Assembly: GCA_973895155.1 (NCBI GenBank)
Contig: OZ316891.1
Location: 27,967,145-28,031,144, forward strand
Source: Marsupella aquatica
Lineage: Eukaryota; Plantae; Marchantiophyta
Direction: 5' to 3'
DNA length: 64,000 nucleotides
This document shows, one piece after another, positions 25,541-38,100 of the stretch. Made by a program: the position numbers and the translations under genes. Every line of letters begins with the position of its first letter. The first letter of the stretch is position 1. Below the pieces are notes generated by a model, which made no database searches, had not been told where the DNA came from, and saw only the letters and a list, made by a program, of their open reading frames with translations.

Positions 25541-26709
25541 ATAACAAACTCTAGGAGGCGGCCACTAACACGAGCTGACCCGGACCGGCAAAGTGGCCGG
25601 TACATTGCGAGCGTGAAAGGCTCAGCCTATAAGCGACAAGGAGGCATCAGGCGACCAATGAGCTCTCAGGGTATAAAAGGAGGGCCGATCCTTTGCAGTG
25701 CATCAGTTCTTCAGCCCACGTGCCAGCTTCGACCCCAACTCTCTCGCTTATCCTTAGTCATCTGCTATCTCCTCTGAATGTCGCACACGATCCATTCCAG
25801 TTTGGCCATACAATTCTGGACACAATTCCTGTCTATCGGAAGGCACTTGGCCGACTCATTGAAGCATGCCAACCCGCGCCAATACAAGATCGAACGTGAA
25901 TACGAGGGGGCCATCCGCCTAGCAGGCCGCCACCACTATCTCCTTAACTTCGATTACCCATCCCAGAGTGAGCTCTACCGACCCAAAGAAATCTCAGGGT
26001 ACTTCTTTGACGGGGGCAAATACATTGGCTTCTGGGAAGCATTACTTTGGCTTCCGAACGTGGTCTTCTCTATCCCGGGCACGATTGATTTACAGCGGCA
26101 CCATTTCGACCACATCCCCGCTCGGGTCCAGGCCATCATTAACAGCGAGTTCAACGCTAACCGGGCGACAAGACCGTCTACACTTGCTTTGGAATACCTC
26201 TATCGGCACCTACAGAACTTCATGGGAACCCGGCCATCAACCAACGTGGCCGACTCAGCCGAGCCCGAGCCCATGCCCGTAACCGCACCTACACCTCCTC
26301 GGCCTCAGCCGAACCGATCCCCGCCACCGGTCGCACCACCTCTCCGAGTACAATCCGTGGTGAATGCAGTGAATATTAGCTCCGAAGACAAGGAGGCTCA
26401 CCCTCCTCTGAATCGATGGCCGCGGGGCACGACTCAACAAGCGCTGAACAACCCAGCACCCCTCCAGCAAGCCGAGGGGATAACATGGTGACTCTAGCAG
26501 CCTTGGCACCAATACTCACGGCCGTCGCGCTACCACCACTTGACCGAGAGGAAGGAGAGATGTCCCCCTCTTCTAGTCACCCCGGAAATCAGTCTCGGGG
26601 TAGGAAGAGAAAGGAGCCCGGAGCCGTATCCGGGTTGCCGTTGGCCACGGTTGCGGTGGCCAAGCTAACCATGCATCGCATGAGGGACAACACTAGTACA
26701 TTTTCAGCA

Positions 26710-27010
26710 TTTTTCCGATGCTTCGATATCGCGCCTTGTCACTCTTCCGATACTAATACCGTCGCACAGTTCCGATATTTTACCTTACGCAATTTGCCAT
26801 TATTTGTACATCGCATATTATTTGTCCGATACAAAAGCCATCGGTCCCTATTTCTGTTAGTTTTGGCATCGAAAGTGTTCCAATGCGGAGAGTATCGGAA
26901 ATGTCTTCGATAACTTTCATGAGGGGTCCGATGCAGATTGAATCGGATATTGCCACAATTATAAGGCACTATGTTTCCGAGTACTTTCCGTTGGTCACTA
27001 CATCGGATAG
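26710..27010. repeat. CACTA left subterminal repeats (TCCGAT(A) in both orientations)
   Basis: Many tccgat/atcgga motifs. Confidence 0.8.
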
Positions 27011-27166
27011 AGTGTGGGAAAACCAACATTCATAAGTTTATTAAGAAATGTGGTCACTCTCATAGGAGAGGGTACATGAAATAAAACAATCATATATAAT
27101 GCCGGTAAAAGTAAACATTCAGAGGTGGTTCTATTTGATTGGTCCCAAGGTACACTAGCAAGGACC

Positions 27167-30100
27167 TCAAGGCTCCGGGTCCAAATCTTCAACTACAACT
27201 ACATTGGGTCGCTCCTGGACTATGGATCGTGATTGTGGAATATAACTCATGACAATGGACCACTCAGGATCATCGGGATAGGGAAGATAGAAGGCCTGCT
27301 CAAGATGATGGGGGAATGCAAATGGATCAGAGGTTCTCCAAGTTGAGCTAATGACACTATTTGCACCTGTCTTCAACCGTGTGAACCCACAAGCATCTTC
27401 TTCGCAAGTTTGGTTTTGGCCAACAAGGTTCATCCGAAACCATTTGCACTTCAACACCACCTCCTCCAAAGTGGTGTGCGCATGGTACTTCACACTCAAT
27501 ATCTCTTCAATCTTTCCGTAGTGGGCCACCATAGAGCGTATTGGATTCCTATCAGATATGCTACTTTGTGAATCTTGGGTGAACCAACCCATGACCCCAC
27601 AATCTTGTGTAGCTGCCCTCTTGTCATCAAGTCGTTGCACACGGAAATGTCTTCCCTTTGACCACATGGCTGTCCGAGTTGTCACCGTAAGTAATGGTCC
27701 ATGAACCAAGGTGCGAAGACTGTCTGTAACCAAAGGGAAGTCTGACACACTCTCCCCTTGCTCCAACAAGGCATCGATCTCTGTCAACTTTGCCCTCATG
27801 TATGGGACAAACTTGGGGAAGTTGCGTGGCCAATGACTATTTGCCTTTTCCTCCTCATAAAAAGTTGTCCAATCTCCAACAATCTCAGGTGAGTTATACA
27901 ACATAAATGTAGTAAGTTGAAGATGCTCAGTTGAGCCCATAAGTCGTTCTTCCTTTGCCCCTGTGAGACGGTCATCCTCAAAGTCTGCTTCCCTTGATGC
28001 CTCGTCTATCCAGCCCCTTGGAGCTCTAGGATCAAGTGTAGCTACAATGTTTGTACAATAAAACATGCTCTCTACTCCAAGATGACGCTCAACAATGCTA
28101 CCTTCCACTCTCGCACAATTTGACACATATGACTTCATCACTCCCATATACCGCTCTACCTAGTACATCCAACGACAATGTACCGGCCCTGCAATCGCAA
28201 CCTCACGCACTAGGTGGAGGAGGAAGTGAACTTGACCATCAAAGAATGAAGGAGGGAGTGCCCTCTCCAACTTGCACAATACCTCCACTCCAAAAAGGTC
28301 CATCACTGCAATCTCATCCTCATTCACCTCTTTCTGACACACCCACCTCAAGAGCTTACCTAATGACCACAGGGCATCTTGAAGATCCTCACTACCCAAT
28401 CCAATAATCGCAACTGGAATGACATGTTCGAGTAACCGATGAAAATCACGTGTTTTCAGGTAAGATGGCCATTTTGGAGAATCATCACCCCCAAATGCCT
28501 TACGAAGATTGGCACCATAACTTGTGGGAAACCTCATTGACCCTATACGTTTGCAAAACTCAGTCCGCTCACCTATGGTCAATACCCAAGGAGGGTGAAT
28601 AGTAAGGAGGGCATTAGGAGGATCCATAGATGGCCAAAACCCATGAGGGCCATGCATCCCCATCTCCTCACAACTCTCTCTCCAGTTGTTGTCTTTCTCT
28701 CCATATAGATGGCAAATCAATGACCTCCCAACATTCACCTCAATGTGCATAGGGTCAAGCAAATGGTTAATTGGCATCTCAGCCCAATATGGTAGCTTTG
28801 ACATTAATGCAGACAATCGAGTCATGCCACACCGGGCCAACTGTAATGGATCATCCGGGTCTGTCACTCTATCCCATACATCTTTCCAATAATGTGGATC
28901 CCTTGGCACTGGTTGAGGGCGTGTGTCTGGTTGGCCATCATCTGTGTCGTATAAGAATGGGTCACGCCTCCATTCATGCTCTGGGGGGAGATACTTTGTG
29001 TGACCAATGTAAACTATCTTCCGTAGGGTGGTAGACTTTGGGCGCGCCACTCCCTCCAAATCGGGCCCACAAGTTGGGCAAGCTTGGTATCCCAAGACCT
29101 ACAACCCAAAGATATATCCAAACCCTACAATGTTCACACCCACTGCATACATTAAACAATGGCCAGGGGTCCAATATATGATAAACCAAGGCATAATTAA
29201 TATGGGGTGAGGTATATTATCTAGAAATAACAAACCATGCATAATTTATATGGGGTGAGGTATATTTCCACATACCCGGAAGATCGTGTATGGTCCACAT
29301 ACAGATGGCTTTCAATTTAAATTCACGAGGTAAACCACCCGTAAGCACTCGACCATCATAGCAATCCACTCCTCTCCATAGTTGTTGAAGCTCCTCCAAC
29401 AATGGTTGCAAGTAAACATCAATCTTTTTTACTTGCTTGGGGCCTGGGATAATCATTGAGAGCAGCAAATGACCCTTCTTCATGGCCATCCATGGAGGGA
29501 TGTTATAATTTGTAAGGACTACTGGCCAAACTGAGTATGTTTGGGCCTTCCCTGCCAATGCAAAGGGGCTGATCCCATCTGATGCCAAACCTAGACGTAC
29601 ATGACGTGGATCTGTCTTGAAGTCACCCCATCGGTCCTCCACAAACCTATTGGCAGGTGAGTCCACCATCATACGCATGGTGGGCGGATCTGAAGTCATA
29701 TCTGACCGGTTCTTGGAATGCCACACCATATACTCAGCCAACTCCGCACATCGGTACTGGTGCCGTAATCTAGGGATAAGAGGAAAATACCTCATGACCT
29801 TCTGTGCTACTTTTCCAGTGAGCATGTCCTCTCAATACCTCGGTTGGTCACATGTAGGACATGTAGTGGCATCTTTGTGTTCCCCCCTAAAGAGAACACA
29901 ATCATTCACACAAGCATGTATGACTTCGTATTTGAGACGTATGGATTTCAACACCTTTTTTGCTGCTTTCCAGGAACTAGGCAAGCAGTTCCCTTCTGGA
30001 AAACTCTGACTATGCAAAGTCCTGAAAAGATCATCAAGAAGGAGATTGCTTGCACCATGTCTTTGTTGCAAGTTCAACAATAACATTATTCCTGATAGTC

Positions 30101-31883
30101 GAGACAGCTGTGACCCCTCAAAAATCCTTGTTTGTGCATGGTCACGAGCTTCCTCCCATTGTCTAGAGTGGGAACCTCGTGAAGGAATGTCATGATGAGC
30201 ATGTGTTGTGGTGTCAAATGCATCACCCATACCATGGTCACCATCCTCTACGTCATAGAACTGGTGCATGAGATCATCCATGGCCCTCTCATCCTCAAGT
30301 CTGACATTGGTGGCATTAGATACTTGCTCGGGAGGGATATCTTCATTCGCTGAAGCTTGAGCCCTACGCCAATCTTCCATGGCCTCGACAAGGTGTTGCC
30401 GCATTGCTCGTGATAATACCCTCACATCTGGTTGAACATATGCATTCTAGCAGTTCACAAACATACATATTAAATATTAGAAGAGATCCACAATGAGACA
30501 AGTGTTTTAGGGTTTAGGCTTTAGGATTTATTTATACAAAGAACCAAATTTGTTTGGAAACCATTGTCATGTATTTATGTTCAACAAAAGAGGTGGTATA
30601 TACATGTCTGCCCTACACAGGGCGAGAAAGCAATGCTTTCTTGGGAGCATCCCACTCATAGTCGCAAAACAACTCCTTGCCAGCCCTAATGGTTGTAATG
30701 GCTACAGTCATGACATGGTCATCCATGTGTTTTACATAATAAGGCTCTCTAGGTGGACCAAATATTTGTATCCACTCGACATTAGGCCTAAGTCCTCTCC
30801 CTCTCCCACGAGTACTATTGATGTACCCGACTATGTTGTCGAAGCGAACAGGGTCCCCAATCAATCATCCGAGAATGCCAAGGCCTCCGTATGACCTCAT
30901 CTGGATCAGAATCCATTTGCAATGCATAGACACCCAAGATGGGTGTTGGCGCAATAGAATGTTCCAACTTTTTGAAGTGTATACGGGACCAATATATGGA
31001 AATAGGTGCTCCCCATCATAACCTCGGGGCCATGGCTTTGCAGGGACCAAAATGTCCTCCAAGGAAAATACGCCAAATCCTATGTCAGGACCAAGGGAGG
31101 ATGCCTTCACTATCCATTGGTGACCCCATATGTGGATAGGAGTGTCAGTGGTTAGGCCAGGGGTATTTTGAATCTCTCAGATGAGAAATCCTTCAAGACT
31201 GTCAATGCCTTCCCAGTGACATATGACAGCCCCAACCTCCCTTCCACTTCCACATAGTCCTCTCCTGGCGGTACTCTATGAGTATGGTGCAGAACTTGGT
31301 CCTCGGTCTCATGCACACCCAAGGGCTCATAACAACGCCGTTGTCTTTGGGAACGTGCTCGGGTGCGACCAACCCTAGATGGAACTGGTATAGTCTCCGG
31401 ATCAACACAAGGGAGGCTACATTGAGGGGGATCTGATGATGCTGCTAACAACTCTCTTGCACCAGCCAAAAGTGTGTTTACCAATAAGTCATTAGAGACC
31501 AATGGAGGAGGGGTCCTACGAGGCACCTATTCAATCACAAAAAACACCAACAATTAATAAATGTATGGGTGCAATGTTGCAACTTGTGCATATCAATGTC
31601 TCCAAGCGCAATAAATGATGCATACCTGGCAAGCAGAATATCCAAGTAAATCACCCTCATGTCGGCCATAGTTCTCAATGTGCTCAATGGCTTCCCAGGC
31701 TTGACGAACCACCATGCCTTTACATCTAACACACCAGCATGGAATAGGTCCTATAGGAGGAGGACATTGAGTCCGAGGAGGGGGAGGAGGAACATCCCCC
31801 TCAGAAGATGATGAGGTTGAGTCTGAGTCCGACTCAGAACTCCCAGAACTGGACATCTGCCCATCATCCATACACAATGTCAC
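27167..31883 (-). pseudogene. CACTA TnpD transposase, multi-exon
   Basis: Exon 1 CWCVRCKG..IEHIENYG (transposase-associated domain, donor 31625); exon from 30446 with IHACVNDCVLFRG..CPTC, MRYFPLIPRL, RLGLASDGISPF, WTIHDLPG; intron ~29274-29099; LDPMHIEVNV, PPSFFD, GPVHCRWMY, VEGSIVE, YGKIEEI, DPFAFP. Stops at 29832 and 28160. Confidence 0.92.
30613..31526 (-). pseudogene. SET-domain (lysine methyltransferase-like) exon inside the CACTA
   Basis: KASSLGPDIGFGVFSLEDI..PYIGPVY..(YALQMD..MIDGDP)..NIVGYINS..PNVEW..AITTIRAGKELFCDY; frameshifts near 31200 and 30930/30860, stop near 31178. Confidence 0.8.
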
Positions 31884-34800
31884 TATATTTTAGAATCTGC
31901 ACCATTGTGACAATTATTTACATATATGTCTTAAGGCAAAACAAAAAAATGTTTAAATCAATAATACCTTAATGAGACCCGCGCTCTACAGTGCCAACTA
32001 GGATCTTGGCCTTAGACTATATGCTAAGACAAGTCTGAAATTACTGCACAAGAACACTTCAACATAATTAGTGTGTAACAAGATCAATAATTATCCTCTG
32101 TATGACCATAATTATAGTTGGCTAGGGGGCCGACCTATGTCGAGCACCTCCCAACATTGTAGAGTGGTCCAACCATACCGTTCAGACGTGCGGGCTCTCG
32201 CTGTGCATGATGCATTACAAAAATGGACCCCCAAAAAAGCTCAGCAACCTAACCCTTCGCAAAAACTAAGTGACTTAACCCTCTGCAAAAAAGAACTGCA
32301 AAATTTGGCATGTCACTGTATGCATAAGGTTAGCTAGCTAGGTGAATCCATATTTTGCCCCCAAAATGTCACAATGTAAATACCAAACAACTCTCAAATA
32401 TAACTCGCAACATCTATACATACCAACCACCTCCAAACCACACAATGAGAAGGGACCGCGGCTCCAACGGTCCACCCTATCCCTAAAACCCTGCTTAAAG
32501 TAACACATAGAACCAACATAGGGTCATCAAACATACAACCAAATTAATTGCCATAGTTATTATATCGGAAAAGACTTCAGACATGAGTAATACAAGGAAT
32601 TAACAAGAGGGGTCCGATGCTGTAAGAATTGGACATCCACTATATTTCCAATAATTATAGCATCGCTTGTTCCAATGCAGTAAGAATTGGATCCATAGTC
32701 GGACAGGTTTTAGGTTTCCCGACCAAAGTGCCACTCCTTCTTAGTCGAGCTTTGCATCGAAAGAGCGTCGGGAGATGTTTTCTTTGGCAAAAGCCGGGGA
32801 AGTGCGTGGTCGCGAACTGGAATTGAAGGCCGGGAGGAGCTTATGGCTATGGAGGGGAACAATGGAGGGGCAGGAGGTGGTGCCGAGGGAGCCGGAGCAG
32901 CCGGGGGAGCCGGAGGATCTGCAGGAGATGGAGCCGGGCCATCTCAAAACTTTGGGGACATTATGACAGCCATTTTTCAAACGCAAATAGGGCTCTCAAT
33001 AGAAGTTGCGCAGCAGGTTGCTGCATTGACACAGGGATTGATTGACTCTTCAAAGGGCACAATTATTTCAGAAGCTGAGAATGATTCGAGGAAAGGCAGC
33101 AGAGGGAGAAAGAAAAGAAGAGGAAACGAAGGGATGAGAAGCGGAGCATCCCTGCGGAGGCCCTCTCACCAAGACAGAGAGAGAAAGCCCTGCGTAAAGA
33201 AGCATGGGCTGTAGAGAGGAAGAGAGCAGAGGAGGAGAAACAGCAAGCAGAGGAGCGAAGCAAGCGGCCAAAGCTGTTTTTGAATAGTGGAGGAGCTCCC
33301 AGGGCCAGGAGCTATAATCTCTTCAGGAGTCATCTTGGGCAGGTACTTAGATCCCATTTTGGGGTGTTAGACTACTGGGGGAAGCAAAATGAACAGGAGA
33401 AATTTAGAGTTCGTGAGTAGGTGAAGGAGAGGTTTTCCAATGGATCATTCCTTGATGACAGGTTCTTGAATTGAAAAATCAGCCTCTCACTTGCAGACAG
33501 AAGGAACCATGTCAGGGAGAAGCTCAGGAAATACCTTGGTGAATGCAAGGAAAATGAGGAGGTGATCAGGCAGAGGGGGTGCCCAGTTGATCTACCACCA
33601 GATGTATGGGCAGCTTGGATCGAGACGGAGCTACAAGTTTGAGCTTGGCAGGCAAGACGGTACTGGCAGGCCGAATTAGAAGAGCTTGCCATCAAGGCCC
33701 AAGCAGGGGAGACTGTTGACACCCGCCATGCTCAGAGCAACCTGCAGCATTGGGAAGCAAGATCAGTTCAGCTTGGAGACCCTCCCGCACAAATCCTGAA
33801 AGCATTGCTTCGAGTTGACAATAGGCCAGTAATCACTCATCGGATGGGGCAGGGTGGGTCGCAGCGTCTCAAGGCAAAGTTTGTAAGTATTCCCCCTCCT
33901 CTCTCCAAGCTCCTCACCTCAATTTGCCTGATCATCTGAGGCTTGTGTATGCCTAAAGAGCCCCGACCCAAAGCTAGTCCCTTCTTATTGTTGAGGCGAG
34001 ACCTGCAAGTCAGGCCTGCTCTCGACACTGTATTTTTTCTTTCCTGGGCTGTCTTTCCGATACTGGTCCGATTCTGTTGGTATCGGACCCATAATCAGAA
34101 GTGTTATCACACCTTTTTTTGAAATTGGGGTCCGATTATGATCCGATAGTATCAGTATCAGATAAACATTCGGACAGTCTGTCCGATATTTTAGCACGAG
34201 GGGTCCGATACTTGGGTAATCGGATAATTTGAATTTTTATCGGTAATCCTTGGTAGATTTCTTAGTAGGATCCAAAGGCCATTGTACATGTATTTGGGGG
34301 TGTGAGGATGTGGGACTACTTGGGGTGTGATAGGGAGGGACTAATGGGGGACAATTTGATGTTAGGGCCATTTTGTGTGGGGTGTAGGAGCGTGAGCATG
34401 GGCGGCCGATCTTACCACACGAGAGGGAGTTGGCTAAGAAGCATGGACCGCGAGCTCTCAAAATTCACATGGAGGAGGAGTTAGGTTCGGTATGGACAAT
34501 CCTCTGAATGCAATGTCTTAATTGGTTGATGAAAATTCTGTGGTAAGATGGAGCATACACTAATTGGATTGCTATTTGGATATATGTAGGGCTCAGAGGA
34601 GGGGTCGGAGGGTGAGGACTCGGAGGAGGGCTCAGGGGCGGACGATTCAGATGTAGAGTCGTTGGGCCTAGAGGAGGCAATTGTGGCCGCACCCACATCT
34701 CACCGGTCTTGAGCAGTTAGGGATGGTGTTAGTGGTCCTCGCCACTCGACTCGACGGGGTGAGGATCATGGTGTTCCAGCATCACGAAGTAGGGCCGGCA

Positions 34801-35131
34801 GAGGTGGTGCTAGTCGGGCCCCTAGCGCACACCAGTCGAGAGCCATAGGGGTTGGTTCTAGTGGCCGACGCCAATCAGGGGTTGGTGGTAGAGCTGACAC
34901 TCAGGGCCCGCAACATGTTGTTGCACAACATGCTGTTGGTGGGTCTCGCCGATTAGAGACCCACGGGGAAGGGTGTTCTAGAGGCTCTCAGCAGTTAGGC
35001 ATAGTTGGGAGTGGCTCTGGAGGCTCTGGCCACTCTGGCGGCACTAGGGGTGGCCAGGTTGGAGGGAGTGCAGCCGGCGGTGGAGGGTCTCGGCACTCTG
35101 GCCGCACTGGGGGCGGCCAGTCTAGAGGGAG

Positions 35132-38100
35132 TGTGATGCCTAGACAGGAATCACTCGGCCGGTTAAGTGGGTAAAGCAGGAAGGCACCCTAGGAACACCT
35201 TAGTATAGTGACAAAACAAGGAAAATATAAACAATTAGGGGCAACCATGGAACCCGGGCAGAGGCCGGAGGTAAGGCTGAGGGTGAAAACCCGATTAGGG
35301 TTAGGGCGGGTTAAGCGTCGGCGGCTAGGAAGGATCAACGGGAAGAAGGACGGGCAGAGGAGAGGGGTAAGGAGCGCTTGCAGGAGATGGTGGCTCATTT
35401 GCGAGCACGAACTAGGCAGATGACTACGGGAGGCCAACTACTGTCAGCTGCTTAGGCAAGCACTCGGGGAGAGAGTAGATACCGACGATCGACCTAAGGA
35501 GGGTATGAGCAACGTCAATCAAGCGGCACATTTCTGGGGATGCCTGTTCAAACGGGCAACTGAGTACATCAAGACTTACGAGGACGAGGAGTCAGAAAGG
35601 GCAGCTCGAGAACGGCAGGAGCTTGCTCGATTGTGGGAGCTACAGAAGATGGCTTTCTTAGGAGGCGAACTCATCAAGGACGAGTTCCTGTGGACGCCTA
35701 CTTCCAATCAACGACTACGGGAGGCCAACTACTATCAGCTGCTTAGGCAAGCACTCGAGGAGAGAGTAGATACCGACGATCGACCTAAGGAGGGTATGAG
35801 CAACGTCAATCAAGCGGCACATTTCTGGGGATGCCTGTTCGAACGGGCAACTGAGTACATCAAGACTTACGAGGACGAGGAGTCAGAAAGGGCAGCTCGA
35901 GAACGGCAGGAGCTCGCTCGATTGTGGGAGCTACAGAAGACGGCTTTCTTAGGAGGCGAACTCATCAAGGACGAGTTCCTGTGGACGCCTACTTCCAATC
36001 AACTCGACGATCTTCTGTTTTGCAAAGACAGCGTCGTCGGCATCCGAGAGGCCATCAAGAACTGCAACGACATACACTGGGAATTAAAGGGTAGCACGGA
36101 AAGGTGGACCCAGGCAACGGTGCTAGGAGAAACCTCCACGGCAGCAGAGATGAAGAGGAAGGGAGCCGTCAACGATGAAGCCACCCCGGCAAAAAGAACG
36201 AGGTCGGCGGCACCAAAGAAGCCAGCCGAGCAGCAGAGCAGGAGGCAGGGAGAAGCCGAAGAGGAGGAGGTCGATCCCATCAAGGCCATTCCAACCAGGG
36301 ATGACACCTGGAAGGGCTGGGCGGCAACCCTACCGGTGGAGGTGCAACTACATTTTGCACGGGAGGAGGATGCATGCTTTACGGCCATGCAGACCAAGAA
36401 GTACCAAGGCTTCATGGCCGGATCCGGCTTGGAGGCCTTTGTAAGATTACCATGGCTGAAGCCGGAGGTACCGGAGTCAGACCTATTAGAATTCGTGGGG
36501 TCATGGGAACTCGAGACCAATTGCACGAGGATATATGGGAAGGATTTCTATCTTACTCCCAAGGTAATTGCCGAAGTGTTTGGCCTGCCGATAGGCAATA
36601 AGACCAAAGTTGATACCAGGAAGACCTTGCCTGACAAGGAGTTCCGGTCGTTCCCCGGGCCATCAACGAAGAATGGCTTCTTCCGGAACACCTGCACCAA
36701 CCCGCACATAGGAGAGATGATCGACTTCTTGCGGGTGACCATGCATTGTAACTTGCCGAGGGCAGAGATCGGCAAGGCACAGGTCTATCTGGCAGAAAGG
36801 CCAGACCCAAGCCGGGACTACAACGGGTACCTCCTCAACCAATTGAAGAAGATCTTAAAGGAGGAGCAGCAGGTAATCGGCATGGGGAGCGTGTCACGGC
36901 TTGGCTATCACATGCCGCTGTTGTGCCGGTATGCCAGAGGTCAGACTTTTGCCCCGGTACTTCCCCTGCAGGTAAGGGCACCCGAGGAAGCTCCAACACC
37001 GAGGCCGTTGGCTGAGAAGCCTCAACCACCTGTTAGTCCTACGATCGAGCAGGTGTTTAGGCCCAGGAAGGAGGACTTGCCGATGCAGCAACCAGGCATG
37101 CAGAGTCTGCTGAAACTACTGGAGAAAGAAAAGAAATCGGCATCGGCAACAACAACAACAACGGCAACGGCAACAATGCAGGACACTACTACAGAGGTAG
37201 GCCTACACCGGCTCACAAGAGAAAACCCCTTTGCTGGAGACAAGGAGAGAATCAGGCCGGAATCCAAGCCAGGTGTTCGAATGTACATGGGAACCTCAAG
37301 CTCCGAATCTGAGGCAGAATTGCCTGAAGCTCCTACCGACGAAGAGGAGAGGGAGAAGCCGGACGTCCAAGAGGTAGAGGAGGCAGTGGAGGACTGCAGC
37401 CATGATAATTCCGGCTATGGGTCGGACCATCACGTTCCAGGAGTAAGGACCTGTGGCCGGTTTGTCCCCACACTTCCAAGGGTAGTGCGAGGGGACCCCA
37501 ACCAGCAGAGTAGCCCTGAGTCTCCCCCACCAGATGTTGCTCCCCCGAGCTTTGACGGCATAAAACAGACGGTGCAGGAATTTCAGGAGCGAATCAAGCA
37601 GGAGGAAGAGGCCGCCCTGGCTAAGGAAAAGGATTTACCAGGAGGAGATTGGCCGGAGGACATCAGGCGGCTAGCCGAAAAAGGAAGCAAACCTCTAGCC
37701 ACGATTGAAGAGATCCGCAGGACGGCTTGGGAGCAGAGGCCACGATGGGCGATGCCGATCACTTCTACTTACTCCACCTACGCTAAGAATAGAGCCATGG
37801 AGTATGGTGAGATGTGTGGGGAACTTGCGCTCGGCATCTTTGGAGAGGAGTTGGAGGTAGGACCCTTTTTCCATAGGGAGCAATTGGAGAAGCACCAATT
37901 AGAAGAAGCGATGGCTTTAGAGAGAAGCAAGAAGGACGAGGTCATTCGGCGGCTTAGGAGGATGGGAGCCGAGATTGAAGATCTAAGGGCGGCCAAGAAA
38001 GCCCAAGATGAACTGCGGATTAAACGACATGAGCTGAACATCATGCAGGGGCAGTTGGACGCCGCGCAGGCTGATAATCAGAATATCAAGGATAAACTGA

